Below, piece by piece: positions 1-9,869 of a stretch of DNA of 64,000 nucleotides; positions within the stretch are counted from its first letter, which is position 1; each line of letters opens with the position of its first letter. The notes below the pieces were generated by a model, which did no database searches, was not told the DNA's origin, and saw only the letters and a program-made list of their open reading frames with translations. The translations under genes were made by a program, and so were the position numbers. The DNA comes from Candidatus Omnitrophota bacterium (GTDB taxonomy: Bacteria; Omnitrophota; Gorgyraeia; Duberdicusellales; 4484-171), in the NCBI GenBank assembly GCA_014729775.1, contig WJJJ01000025.1:53790-117789 (forward strand), written 5' to 3'.

Positions 1-2
1 AC

Positions 3-1742
3 CATGCCGGAGCGGTGCTGTTCCTCGTCCATTTCGGTCTTCAGGCTTTTCTGGGATACGGCGCGCTGTTCCGCGCTTACCGCGCGGAAACCAACCTCAC
101 CCGCAAAAAGCAGATCGGTCTTATCGGGATCGCGAACGTGATCGGATTTACTGCTGCGGCGGATTTCCTGCCGAAATTCTTCCACGTTCCGCTTTATCCT
201 TACGGATATGTATCTCTGCTGGTGTTCATTGCACTGGTCGGGTATTCGATCGTCCGTTACAGAGCGTTCGATATCGAAACGGTGATTCATAAAACCGTGA
301 TGTGGATCGGCACCTCGCTGCTGGTGCTGATCCCCCTGGTTGGGGTGTACGCCTGGATGTTTCCCTTCTTAAAGGATTTCTTGTATTTACAGGTAGCCTT
401 TCTCTTGGGCGCGTTATTTTTATTCGCGTTTTATCTCCGGATCGTGCAGCCGCGGATCGACCGTCTTTTCCAGCGGCACAAGGCGAATCTTGAGCAGATC
501 GCCACGCGTTTTTCGGAAAATCTGGTGCATCTTCGGGGGGTGGTACCCGTACTCTCCCGGATTAAGGACACGATTCGCGAAGGAGTGAACGCGACAAGGA
601 CCGATATTTACCTTTGGGACGAGGATCGGAAGCGTTATGTTGATTCTGACGATTTCACCCATATTTTGCGTTTTTCCGGCGATACCCGTTTTTTCTCATG
701 GCTGGCAGAAACAAACCGGACTCTTTACCGTGAATTCACCGATATCGATCCTTTTTCCGCGCGGCTCCGCGATGAGGCGAAAGAATGTTTCCATGCCTCC
801 GGCGCGACGGTATTACTGCCGCTTGTAGTCAACGAAAAACTGCTGGGCTGTATCGCGCTGGGCAAGAAAGAAAATTTAAGAAGATACAGCGCCGCGGATT
901 TCTCTTTTCTGAATATGCTGAAAAACCAGTCGGCGATCGCCCTTTCCAATTCACTGCTGTATGAGAATATCGAAAAGCAGGTACGGGAAAAAACCAGGGA
1001 ACTGGTGGATGTGCAAAAACAGCTGATCCAGGCCGAAAAGCTGGCCACGGTCGGCACCTTGGCCGGGGGAGTGGCGCACGAGATCAATAATCCGCTTACC
1101 GCCGTTTTGACCAACGTGCAGATGCTCCTGGCAGCTCCGGAAGGAATGAACGAAACCGATCTGGAATCGCTGCAATTGATCGAGGAAGCGACGAAACGGT
1201 GCCGGAACATCGTGCAGAAACTGATGACTTACGCCAAGAAGCCCATGGAATCGGGTACATGGTCGATGGTGGATCTTTCTTCCGCGGTAGACAGAGTCAT
1301 GGCGTTTGTCGGATATCAACTTCAGCAGGAGAACATCAATTTACGCGTGCAGGTCGTTCCCGGAACGTATCCGGTCAACGGGAATCAGAATGAAATCGAG
1401 CAGGTATTGACGAATCTTATTTTAAACGCCCGTGACGCGATCAAATCCGCGCGGCGCAAAGGGAATATCGAAATACGCCTGTCCCGGGAAAACGACGCCA
1501 GCTGTATATCGGTGAGAGACGAGGGGCCGGGCATCAAGCCGGCGCTGATATCAAAAATATTCGACCCGTTTTTTACTACGAAAGACGTGGGGAAAGGTCT
1601 GGGACTGGGACTTTCCATTTGTCAGTCCATCGTTGAGCAGCACCGGGGCCGTATTGAAGTTTCTTCGCGTCCGGGACAGGGTACGGAGTTTCGGGTGTTT
1701 TTCCCGATACATACCGAAAAAGGTCTTATTCCCGAAAAATGA
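3..1742 (+). CDS. sensor histidine kinase, 5'-truncated at window edge (polytopic membrane sensor + GAF-like + HisKA + HATPase_c)
   Basis: The reading frame stays open back to nt 3 and the track 'M' at 15 is GTG. Multiple TM helices; H-box 'HEINNPLT'; G-boxes 'DEGPGI' and 'GKGLGLGLSI'. Confidence 0.85.
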   Translation, partial: HAGAVLFLVHFGLQAFLGYGALFRAYRAETNLTRKKQIGLIGIANVIGFTAAADFLPKFFHVPLYPYGYVSLLVFIALVGYSIVRYRAFDIETVIHKTVMWIGTSLLVLIPLVGVYAWMFPFLKDFLYLQVAFLLGALFLFAFYLRIVQPRIDRLFQRHKANLEQIATRFSENLVHLRGVVPVLSRIKDTIREGVNATRTDIYLWDEDRKRYVDSDDFTHILRFSGDTRFFSWLAETNRTLYREFTDIDPFSARLRDEAKECFHASGATVLLPLVVNEKLLGCIALGKKENLRRYSAADFSFLNMLKNQSAIALSNSLLYENIEKQVREKTRELVDVQKQLIQAEKLATVGTLAGGVAHEINNPLTAVLTNVQMLLAAPEGMNETDLESLQLIEEATKRCRNIVQKLMTYAKKPMESGTWSMVDLSSAVDRVMAFVGYQLQQENINLRVQVVPGTYPVNGNQNEIEQVLTNLILNARDAIKSARRKGNIEIRLSRENDASCISVRDEGPGIKPALISKIFDPFFTTKDVGKGLGLGLSICQSIVEQHRGRIEVSSRPGQGTEFRVFFPIHTEKGLIPEK

Positions 1743-1755
1743 AAAAGGAGTAGCG

Positions 1756-2139
1756 ATGAATAAAATACTTGTAGTCGACGATGATCCGTTAGTCGTCAGA
1801 ACGCTCAAAAATGTCCTGGAACGTGAAGGGTACGCGGTTGAGGCGGTAAAAAACGCCTATGAGGCGGTCGATCGCGGAACGGGAGCTGATATCGATTTGA
1901 TTGTTTGTGATATTCGACTTCCCCAGATGAGTGGCATCGAGCTTATCGGGAAGGTGAAGCAGATGCGGAGTGAGGAGGGAAAACGCGAGGTGCCGGTGAT
2001 TTTCATTACCGGTTACGCTTCCGCCGAAGCGCCTGATCAGGCGCGGGATTTGGGCGGAAAAGCATATCTGTTTAAACCTTTTGATTTAGACAGTTTGCTC
2101 GAGGCGATCCGGACGCATCTGTTTCGCCGGAATGAATGA
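1756..2139 (+). CDS. single-domain response regulator (CheY-like receiver)
   Basis: ATG at 1756 with RBS 'aaaggag' 6 nt upstream. 'ILVVDDDP' acidic pocket, phospho-Asp in 'LIVCDIRLP', conserved 'KPF'. Immediately downstream of the HK. Confidence 0.9.
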   Translation: MNKILVVDDDPLVVRTLKNVLEREGYAVEAVKNAYEAVDRGTGADIDLIVCDIRLPQMSGIELIGKVKQMRSEEGKREVPVIFITGYASAEAPDQARDLGGKAYLFKPFDLDSLLEAIRTHLFRRNE

Positions 2140-3023
2140 AACGCGCAGCCGAGGCGCACAGGAATAGAAAGGATAAGGGAGAGCCGCTGCCGCGGCGTTC
2201 CCGGACGGTCCTACCAGGCGGACAGAAGATACTGTCGAAAGCGGCCGTACGTCTGCGGGTGCGCTACCGGTTCTACCGGCGCATGTGGTTCAAAACCATA
2301 CGGCTGGCTACCTTTTTTTTCTTTCGGCTCTGGATAAAAGAACTGGAGGGATTCGACCGTATTCCGGAAGGCCGTTCGGCACTGCTGGTATCGAATCATC
2401 TCAGTTATTATGATTTTCTGATTTTGGGAGCGTTATTCCGGCATCATATCGTTTTTCTCGCGGTGAATAAAATCAGGGCAACTCCGTTTATTCGTTGGTT
2501 TACGAAACTTCATTTTGTGGTGTATGTCGACCGGGACCATCCCGGGCCCGTCTTCTTCAAACAGGTAATGAGGCATATTCAGGCGGGGAAATTGATCGTG
2601 GTGTATCCGGAAGGTTCACGGTCCCGGACGGGGAAAATGCTTCGGCCGAAACCGGGATTCGTGAAGCTCGCGATGCGTGCCAATATTCCGATCATTCCGG
2701 TAGCGATGCGGGGTACCTACGAAATTCTTCCCCCCCAGCGAAAAATCCCGCGGTTCAGGAAATGTGCGGTGCGGGTAGGGAACAGAATGTATATTTCACC
2801 AAATAATCCTGAATTCACGGACGTATTTTTCGCCGAGCCGCGGGAAAAGATCAGCGATCTAAGTAAGGAACAAATTGAAGAGGTCGCGGTGCGGGTCATG
2901 GAAAAGGTCCGTATGCTGGCCGGAGAAGAATGGGATGAACGCGCGGCCGACCAGGTTCGCCGGGTACTCGATCCGGCTCCGGCCGGGGAGGAAGGTGACC
3001 GCAACCCCGGTACGGAATCATGA
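2136..3023 (+). CDS. plsC: 1-acyl-sn-glycerol-3-phosphate acyltransferase (PlsC/LPLAT family)
   Basis: HX4D motif 'NHLSYYD', 'VYPEGSRSRTG' and 'IPIIPVA' blocks typical of PlsC. ATGA start/stop overlap with the upstream RR. Confidence 0.8.
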   Translation: MKRAAEAHRNRKDKGEPLPRRSRTVLPGGQKILSKAAVRLRVRYRFYRRMWFKTIRLATFFFFRLWIKELEGFDRIPEGRSALLVSNHLSYYDFLILGALFRHHIVFLAVNKIRATPFIRWFTKLHFVVYVDRDHPGPVFFKQVMRHIQAGKLIVVYPEGSRSRTGKMLRPKPGFVKLAMRANIPIIPVAMRGTYEILPPQRKIPRFRKCAVRVGNRMYISPNNPEFTDVFFAEPREKISDLSKEQIEEVAVRVMEKVRMLAGEEWDERAADQVRRVLDPAPAGEEGDRNPGTES

Positions 3024-3164
3024 ACGGAATGGTCTTCGTTGCAGAAACACTCCGCTGCCGGCTTGTATGTGACAGGCGGGCGTGCCGATTCCTCGGAGAG
3101 CCGTACTAAGAGCATCGGGATCAGCCGCTGAAACCGTACGGATCGGAGAAAGGACGGAGATGGG

Positions 3165-3839
3165 ATGACTACCGTGTTTCAACCGCATGAACTGCTGGTG
3201 GTTTTTGACGTCGACAACGTGATTATTCCGGGTCAGACTCAGAAGTGTTTTTTGGGGAAACTTCTGCGGGCAGGGGATGTATCCTTGTTCTCGTTTTCTG
3301 TGGTGTGCTCATGGTTTTTGTTGTATAAGGCGGGGATTACAGTGAATACACAGAGAATTCGGCGCTACGCCTACAGGCAGTTAGCCGGGAAGCGATCCGC
3401 GAATCTCCGCCAGCTGTGCGCGGATCTTTTCCAGTCAGAGCTGCGGCCAAAAATTTTTCCGGCCGCGATGAAGAAAATCGCGTCCTACCGCGACCGCGGA
3501 GCTACCGTTATTTTAATGTCCTCCTCATTACGCGAAATCGTGGAAAGAATTCAAGAATATATCGGCGTGGAGACATGCATCGCAACGAATTTAGAAGTGC
3601 GCAACGGCAGTTACACCGGGGAGATCCAGGGAGGAGTTCCCTATGGAGAGGGAAAAGTGCACAAGCTCCAGGAATTTATCGCAGAGAACGGTCCTTACAG
3701 GAAAATTATTGCGTATTGCGATCACGATTCCGATCTTCCTCTGCTGGAGTACGTGCATGAACCGATCATAGTCAATCCTAATAAAAGAATGCGGCGTCTT
3801 GCCGAGGAAAGGAGATGGAGAGTTGAACAACATACATGA
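3165..3839 (+). CDS. HAD-IB family hydrolase (phosphoserine-phosphatase-like)
   Basis: HAD motif I 'VVFDVDNVII', C-terminal 'CDHDSDLPLL' motif IV. About 224 aa, typical for HAD-IB. Confidence 0.7.
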   Translation: MTTVFQPHELLVVFDVDNVIIPGQTQKCFLGKLLRAGDVSLFSFSVVCSWFLLYKAGITVNTQRIRRYAYRQLAGKRSANLRQLCADLFQSELRPKIFPAAMKKIASYRDRGATVILMSSSLREIVERIQEYIGVETCIATNLEVRNGSYTGEIQGGVPYGEGKVHKLQEFIAENGPYRKIIAYCDHDSDLPLLEYVHEPIIVNPNKRMRRLAEERRWRVEQHT

Positions 3840-3849
3840 TCTGCATCTG

Positions 3850-6012
3850 ATGGAAGTAATGTACATTTTCTCGTCTATGCTTACGGGACTGGGCAGTATT
3901 GCGCTTGGGGTATTCGCGGTAATCGCAGGCAAGAAGTCTTCGGTGAACATAAGGTATTTTCTTATGAGCGTGTGCGTGGCACTTTGGTCGTCGGGCTTGT
4001 TTTTCTGTCACTGGTTTGCCCGGCTGCCGCTTTCCCTCTACTGGAACCGGTTTGGTCATGCCGCCGCTGCGTTTATTCCGGTGACTTTCTTCCACTTTAT
4101 TCTTGTGCTGGTCAAACGAACGGACAAGAAAAAAATTCTTCTTTTAGGCTACGGCGCTTCTTTTCTGATCGCGTTATCTTCTTTTACGACTCTCTTGATT
4201 CGCGATATGCGTCCCAATGCCTGGTTTACGTTATGGCCGCAACCGGGGATCTTATACCCTGCGTTCATATTATTGTTCGGTTTTTATGCAGTCTATTCAT
4301 TCGCGCTGGGTTTCCAGCGCTATCAAATGACCAGTGGATTTCAAAGAGAACAGTTGAAATATATTCTTGTGGGAATGGTCGTTGGTTTCGGAGGAGGGGC
4401 AACCAATTACCCGTTATTCTATGATTTGAAAATTCCACCGGTCGGTAATTTCTTTATCTTCAGCTATATTCTCATGTACGCCTACGCCATTCTGCGTTAT
4501 CGGTTAATGGACGTGCATCTGGCCGTTTCCCGCACCACGCTGGGGTTGGGAATCTACACGCTGGTGTTCGGAATCCCTTTTTACGCGGGGTTCGTGACCG
4601 ATTCTTGGATGTTTTCGACCTCGCTCGCCGTGATTCTGGCCATACCGGCGCCCTTCATGTACCGCTATTTTCGCGGGAGGACCGAAAGGATTCTTTTAGC
4701 CGAGCAGCGTCACTATCAGAGAGTTTTGCTGCGCGCGGCCAGCGGCATGGTTCGCGAACACAATCTGGAGAAGCTGTACCGTCTGGTGGTATATGTGGTG
4801 AAAAAAGCGGTAAAAATCCGGTGGGTGGCGCTGTGTATTCGCGATGATGAAGGGGGTCCGTATCGATTGAAGAATTTTCGCAACGGCGGAGGGCAGCGGC
4901 CGTCGGCCGAGTATCCCGCCGAGCATCCGCTGCTGCGCTTTCTCGACGAAAAAAGGGAACCCGTGGTGTATGAAGAACTGCCGCAAGGTCTGCGCCGCAG
5001 CGTGGATTTTCCGGAAAAGGTCGGTCTTTTGATCCCTTCTTTTGTGGAAGACCGTCTGCTCGGTTTTTTGATCCTGGGTGAAAAAATGAACGGGAAGGCC
5101 TATTCGGCCGACGATATCAACGTGTTTAAGATCCTGGCGCATCAGGCCGCGCTGTCGATCGAGAACTGTCTGTTTTTCGATGAATTCAAAAAGGTCCAGG
5201 AACGAATTTTCACGGCTGAAAAGCTGGCGTCGGTGGGAGGCATGGCCGACGGGGTTGCTCATCAGATCAAGAACCGGCTCAATCATTTTTCGGTCGCCGC
5301 CGGAGAGCTTAAGTATGAAATCCAGGACGTGCGCGAGAAGTTTCCCGAAATGTGCGAGAACGAACCCAAAATCGCGAAATCGCTCGACTATCTCACGGAT
5401 ATCGCGGAATCTCTGATTGATAACGTGAAACGGACCGACGGCGTGATACGGGGAATTCTTTCTTTCGCCCGTACCGAAGAAAAGGAAACGTTTTTCTCCC
5501 ACTTCTCCTTCACGGAAACCGTCGAGTTATCGCTGGAACTGCTGAAGATTAAACATCAGGTGTCTCATTTTCCGCTTAAAACGAATATCTTAGGTGGGGA
5601 TATGATATACGGAGTAAAATCTCAGATCATGGAGGCGGTGTACAATCTTCTGGATAACGCCTATGAAGCAATACAGGATAAAATGAATTATCATCTTGAT
5701 GAAACACAGAAAAAAGAATTTAGGCCGCAGGTGAGGATTGAACTGGCAGAGAACCACGAAATGAACAAAATTACGGTGAGTGATAACGGAATCGGCATTA
5801 AAACGGTTGACAGAAATAAAATTTTCGCGCCGTTTTTCACGACCAAATCCTCGTTTAAATCAGGAACCGGGATCGGGATGTACGTGGTCAAACGGATGGT
5901 GGAAGAAAATCACGGCGGCCGGATATGGTGTACCTCAGAGTTCATGGAAGGAACGCGCATGCATATGGAACTTCCCAAGGCACCTTCGTCCGAAAACGAA
6001 GAGAGGGCGTGA
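3850..6012 (+). CDS. sensor histidine kinase (7-8 TM sensor domain + GAF-like + HisKA + HATPase_c)
   Basis: ATG at 3850; the ORF-track start at 3799 is TTG and overlaps the HAD gene. TM-rich N-terminal ~290 aa paralogous to HK 3..1742 ('RYRLMDVHLAVSRT' vs 'RYRAFDIETVIHKT'). H-box 'VAHQIKNRLNHF'; G-boxes 'SDNGIGI' and 'GTGIGMYVVKR'. Confidence 0.85.
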   Translation: MEVMYIFSSMLTGLGSIALGVFAVIAGKKSSVNIRYFLMSVCVALWSSGLFFCHWFARLPLSLYWNRFGHAAAAFIPVTFFHFILVLVKRTDKKKILLLGYGASFLIALSSFTTLLIRDMRPNAWFTLWPQPGILYPAFILLFGFYAVYSFALGFQRYQMTSGFQREQLKYILVGMVVGFGGGATNYPLFYDLKIPPVGNFFIFSYILMYAYAILRYRLMDVHLAVSRTTLGLGIYTLVFGIPFYAGFVTDSWMFSTSLAVILAIPAPFMYRYFRGRTERILLAEQRHYQRVLLRAASGMVREHNLEKLYRLVVYVVKKAVKIRWVALCIRDDEGGPYRLKNFRNGGGQRPSAEYPAEHPLLRFLDEKREPVVYEELPQGLRRSVDFPEKVGLLIPSFVEDRLLGFLILGEKMNGKAYSADDINVFKILAHQAALSIENCLFFDEFKKVQERIFTAEKLASVGGMADGVAHQIKNRLNHFSVAAGELKYEIQDVREKFPEMCENEPKIAKSLDYLTDIAESLIDNVKRTDGVIRGILSFARTEEKETFFSHFSFTETVELSLELLKIKHQVSHFPLKTNILGGDMIYGVKSQIMEAVYNLLDNAYEAIQDKMNYHLDETQKKEFRPQVRIELAENHEMNKITVSDNGIGIKTVDRNKIFAPFFTTKSSFKSGTGIGMYVVKRMVEENHGGRIWCTSEFMEGTRMHMELPKAPSSENEERA

Positions 6013-6069
6013 ACGGGCGCGGACGGCGGCACGAGGGGCCGTGGTTTTTCAAAAGACGGATCAGCGTGT

Positions 6070-7419
6070 ATGAGCAAAAAGAAGATTCATGAACGCCGGA
6101 GGTTTCCGCGGGTACGCGCCGCATGGCGCGTTCGGGGTGCCTCGGGCGTGCGCGGCAGTACGGTGGACGTGAGCGAATCCGGCGCGCGGATCGTATTTTC
6201 CCGGCCGCTCTGCGATTCTTCTTTGACCCTGGACCTCGTACTGCCGGACGGAACCGAGGTATTGTCCCTTTGCGTCCGAATCGTCCGCGAAGTCCCCGGC
6301 CTTCGGGAGGAATACGCGTTCCGTCTGATCGATTGTACCGGAACCCAGCGCCGTGCGCTTCGTCGCGCGCTGCTGGCTCAGCAGGTGCACATTGTGCTCA
6401 GTGACATTGACGAGGTGTCTGTCCGGGAACAAATAGAAAAATTTTTTCTCCGGGATCTGCTCGAGTATCTTCATTTGGCCGCGTCCTTCGAAGAGTCACT
6501 GGGGAGGGACTCTGATCCTGCCGGAATCGTTCCGGCGCTTGAACGGGCCCATAACGCGTTGATGCTGAAAGGGTATTGTTTGGAATTGCTTCTTTCCGGT
6601 GAATCCGCTCTGGTGAAACGGGTAAAGGAGTATTTCCAAAAATGGACTGCGCCATGGACGGCGCAAAGCGCGATCATGCGCTGGGCATTGGAAAAACCCC
6701 GGGGAATTCCCGGGGATTATCGGATATTGGAGTACATCTACGAGGATCGCGTTGTTTCTGAGGGGATCGGCCGTTATTTCGATTCGTTGTTCTTACGCAG
6801 TCCCTATGCGGTCGCGATGCGTCTGCGTAAAGACCGGATACTGGCATTGCTGCAGGAATATCTTTCCGCGCTCCCTCCCCTGAAAGAAGCAAAAGTATTA
6901 AATATCGCTTGCGGTTCATCTCGCGAAGTGAGAGAATTAGTAGCTCACGCCGCGGTGCCGTGTAAATTGAAAATTACCTGTATGGACTGGGATTGGGAAG
7001 CGCTCCGTTTTTCGCGGGAGAAATGCGCCGCGCCCGGAAACCGGGTCCGTTGCGGATACGTGAGGGAAGATGTCATTCGGATCGTGCGGAATAAAGTTCC
7101 GCTGTATTCATACGGAGTCCAGGATATTATTTTTTGCGCAGAACTTCCCAATTATCTTCCGGACCGGGTGATGAAAAAGCTGCTGCACCGGGTATATCCG
7201 CTTTTAGAGAGGGGAGGAAAGTTCCTGTTTACCCACAAAAACCGCGAAAAAACTTATCCTCCGTTGTTCCCTGACTGGTTCTGTGACTGGCGGATGATAC
7301 CCCGCACTCCGGAAGAGGTCGTTGAGGTGTGTCACCGTTGCGGCATCCCCCGCGGCGCGCTGAAAGTCGAGCCGGGGGTATTCGGATACGTGTATTTCTT
7401 TACGGTGACCAAGAAATAG
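6070..7419 (+). CDS. PilZ-domain protein fused to a predicted class I SAM-dependent methyltransferase
   Basis: N-terminus 'RRRFPRVRAAWRV...DVSESGARIV' matches the PilZ RxxxR and DxSxxG motifs. C-terminal half has MTase-like motif I 'VLNIACGSSREV', 'ITCMDWD' and motif II-like 'DIIFCAELPNYLPD'. Confidence 0.6.
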   Translation: MSKKKIHERRRFPRVRAAWRVRGASGVRGSTVDVSESGARIVFSRPLCDSSLTLDLVLPDGTEVLSLCVRIVREVPGLREEYAFRLIDCTGTQRRALRRALLAQQVHIVLSDIDEVSVREQIEKFFLRDLLEYLHLAASFEESLGRDSDPAGIVPALERAHNALMLKGYCLELLLSGESALVKRVKEYFQKWTAPWTAQSAIMRWALEKPRGIPGDYRILEYIYEDRVVSEGIGRYFDSLFLRSPYAVAMRLRKDRILALLQEYLSALPPLKEAKVLNIACGSSREVRELVAHAAVPCKLKITCMDWDWEALRFSREKCAAPGNRVRCGYVREDVIRIVRNKVPLYSYGVQDIIFCAELPNYLPDRVMKKLLHRVYPLLERGGKFLFTHKNREKTYPPLFPDWFCDWRMIPRTPEEVVEVCHRCGIPRGALKVEPGVFGYVYFFTVTKK

Positions 7420-7512
7420 AGATTATGGGGATGCACCGGATCCTTGATCCTGGATCCTGGATGCGGAAGGAGAAGAGGAGAAGAGTCAGCGAGAGGAAGG
7501 ACGAGGGAAGCG

Positions 7513-8595
7513 ATGGTCTATCATTTTCTGTTTCCGCTTTCGAAATATTTTTTCGCCTTTAACGTAACCAGATACATCACTTTTCGCGGCGGATGTGCGG
7601 TCGTAACCGCATTCCTGCTGGTTTTTCTGTTCTGGCGGTTTACGATCGCCCGGCTGCAGCGGTTGAAAGTCGTGGAAAAAATTGACATGTACGGCCATAT
7701 CCACTTAGAAACGCTGCACGGTACCAAAAAGGGCACGCCTACCATGGGAGGATTGCTCATTCTCTTTGCCGTTCTGGGATCCACGCTGCTCTGGGCGCGT
7801 CTCGATAATGTGTATATTTGGTTATGCATGGGTATCGCAGGATTTCTGGGGATACTGGGGTTTACCGACGACTACCTCAAGCTGAAAAAAGGGAAAGGCT
7901 TGACCAGGATCCAGAAGTTTTCCGGCCAGATCGCTGTGGGGGTAGCCGTAGGGATCGTGGCGGTGGCCAGCAAGTACATTTCCACTACCTGGCATTTTCC
8001 TTTCGCCAAGGATGTGATTCTCGATCTGGGATATTTTTACTTGTTCTGGGCTGCATTAATGATCGTCGCGTCTTCGAACGCGGTGAATTTTACCGACGGG
8101 CTTGATGGTCTGGCAATCGGCGCGATTGTCATCAACGCGCTCTTCTTCGCACTTTTGGCTTACTTAAGCGGGCATGCGAATTTCGCTTCCTATCTGTTTA
8201 TCCCATATATCCAGGGAACCGGTGAACTGACGGTCCTCTGCCTCGCGGTCGGCGGGGCCGGCCTGGCCTTTCTGTGGTATAATTCTTATCCCGCGCAGGT
8301 ATTTATGGGAGATGTGGGCGCGCTCGCCTTGGGCGGATTGACGGGCGCCGTGGCATTATTTGTAAAAAAAGAGTTTCTGCTTTTTTTGAGCGGCGGGTTA
8401 TTTGTGATCGAAGCGGCATCGGTAATTCTCCAGATTTTATGGGTAAGATACGGCAAACGGCGGTTATTCCGGGCAGCGCCGCTGCACCATCATTTTCAAT
8501 TGCTGGGCTGGAAAGAACCGAAGATTATTATACGATTCTGGATCGTGTCGATTGTGTGCGCGGTACTCGCGCTTCTTACGTTGAAACTGCGTTAG
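7513..8595 (+). CDS. mraY: phospho-N-acetylmuramoyl-pentapeptide transferase
   Basis: ATG at 7513 ('MVYHFLFPLSKYF...'); the ORF-track start at 7444 is an R/E-rich extension. Polytopic; 'NAVNFTDGLDGLA' and 'HHHFQLLGW' MraY signatures. Confidence 0.93.
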   Translation: MVYHFLFPLSKYFFAFNVTRYITFRGGCAVVTAFLLVFLFWRFTIARLQRLKVVEKIDMYGHIHLETLHGTKKGTPTMGGLLILFAVLGSTLLWARLDNVYIWLCMGIAGFLGILGFTDDYLKLKKGKGLTRIQKFSGQIAVGVAVGIVAVASKYISTTWHFPFAKDVILDLGYFYLFWAALMIVASSNAVNFTDGLDGLAIGAIVINALFFALLAYLSGHANFASYLFIPYIQGTGELTVLCLAVGGAGLAFLWYNSYPAQVFMGDVGALALGGLTGAVALFVKKEFLLFLSGGLFVIEAASVILQILWVRYGKRRLFRAAPLHHHFQLLGWKEPKIIIRFWIVSIVCAVLALLTLKLR

Positions 8596-8611
8596 CATTT
8601 CTTCGTCGACG

Positions 8612-9862
8612 ATGAATATTGAATCAATTGAAACCGTGGCGGTCGGCGGGTGGAGCAAAACCGGTATGTCACTCGCAAAGCTCCTGCTTACCTTAGGAAA
8701 AAAAGTGAAGGTCACCGAAGAGCGTGAGCGGGGATGTTTTTCTCCCGCGCTCATTGACGTATTTGCGCGTAAAGGCGTGTGTTTTGAATTCGGCGGCCAT
8801 TCACTCCGTTTTTTGCGTGATGCCGGTCTGCTCATCGTGAGTCCGGGAATCGATTTGCAGCGTTCGGCGCTGTCTGCGCATGCCCGGGAACTGTGTATCC
8901 CGGCCGTGGGGGAGATCGAATTCTGCTTTTGGCTGACGCGGGCCCGCTGTGTCGGTATCACGGGAACCAACGGAAAAAGCACCACCACGTTTCTTACCTA
9001 CCTGGTATTGAAAGAGAAGCGGAAACGGGTGTTTTTGGGAGGTAATATCGGTATCCCGTTTTCTTCGTTCGTGCGCCGGACGAGAAAGAACGATCTCATC
9101 GTGCTCGAATTGAGTTCCTTTCAGCTGGAAACGATTCTCGAGTTCCATCCCTTTGTCGCCGCGTTATTAAACATCGAGCCCGACCATTTGGACCGATATC
9201 CCGGTTATGCCGAATATAAGGCCGCAAAATTCAACATTTTCCGCAATCAGCGTCCAGATGAGTGGGCGGTCGTGAACGAACGCTTCCTGCCGGAAGTAAG
9301 ACAAACGCTGCGTGCCCGCTGCGTTCCTTTTTCCGGAGGGGAAAACGAGAATGTCGACTGTGTCACCCGCATCGCGGGGTTGTTCCAAATTCCCCGGGAA
9401 ACCGTTACCGCGGTAGGCGCCGGGTTTCACGGATTGCCTCACCGGCTTCAAACCGTAAAAAAAATTCAGGGTATCAGCTTTATCAATGATTCCAAGGCGA
9501 CGAATCCCGCGTCCACGCTGTGGGCTCTGCAAAGGGTGAAGAAGAAAGGGAAACGGATCCTTTTGATCGCCGGAGGCAAGGATAAGGGGGTGTCTTACGA
9601 ATGTCTCCGGGATAAATTCAGCGGCGTCAAACAGCTGTTTCTTATTGGTGAATCCGCGCCGAAGATACATAAAGCATTCAGGGATCGGTGTCCTGCCGAG
9701 ATCTGTCCTTCTCTGGAGGAAGCGGTAAAGGAAGCCTACCGGAATGCCCAGCGCGGCGATGTGGTGCTGTTGTCACCGATGTGCGCGAGTTTTGATATGT
9801 TCCGTAATTACACTGAGCGCGGATCGCGGTTTACCGCCGCGGTAAATAAGCTGAGTTCGTGA
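8612..9862 (+). CDS. murD: UDP-N-acetylmuramoylalanine--D-glutamate ligase
   Basis: P-loop 'GITGTNGKSTTT' Mur ligase motif; position after mraY; 416 aa. Confidence 0.92.
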   Translation: MNIESIETVAVGGWSKTGMSLAKLLLTLGKKVKVTEERERGCFSPALIDVFARKGVCFEFGGHSLRFLRDAGLLIVSPGIDLQRSALSAHARELCIPAVGEIEFCFWLTRARCVGITGTNGKSTTTFLTYLVLKEKRKRVFLGGNIGIPFSSFVRRTRKNDLIVLELSSFQLETILEFHPFVAALLNIEPDHLDRYPGYAEYKAAKFNIFRNQRPDEWAVVNERFLPEVRQTLRARCVPFSGGENENVDCVTRIAGLFQIPRETVTAVGAGFHGLPHRLQTVKKIQGISFINDSKATNPASTLWALQRVKKKGKRILLIAGGKDKGVSYECLRDKFSGVKQLFLIGESAPKIHKAFRDRCPAEICPSLEEAVKEAYRNAQRGDVVLLSPMCASFDMFRNYTERGSRFTAAVNKLSS

Positions 9863-9869
9863 TCCGGAA

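Noticed and set aside
4696-5502. 268-aa minus-strand ORF
   Set aside because: It lies antisense and entirely inside the well-supported histidine kinase gene. It has no motifs, and long antisense ORFs are expected at this GC content.
7444-7512. R/E-rich N-terminal extension of the mraY ORF and the short 'ggatcctt/ggatcctg' direct repeat
   Set aside because: The MraY homology starts at the ATG at 7513. The repeat is 8 nt, occurs twice, and is too short for a CRISPR, IS end or any other repeat element.
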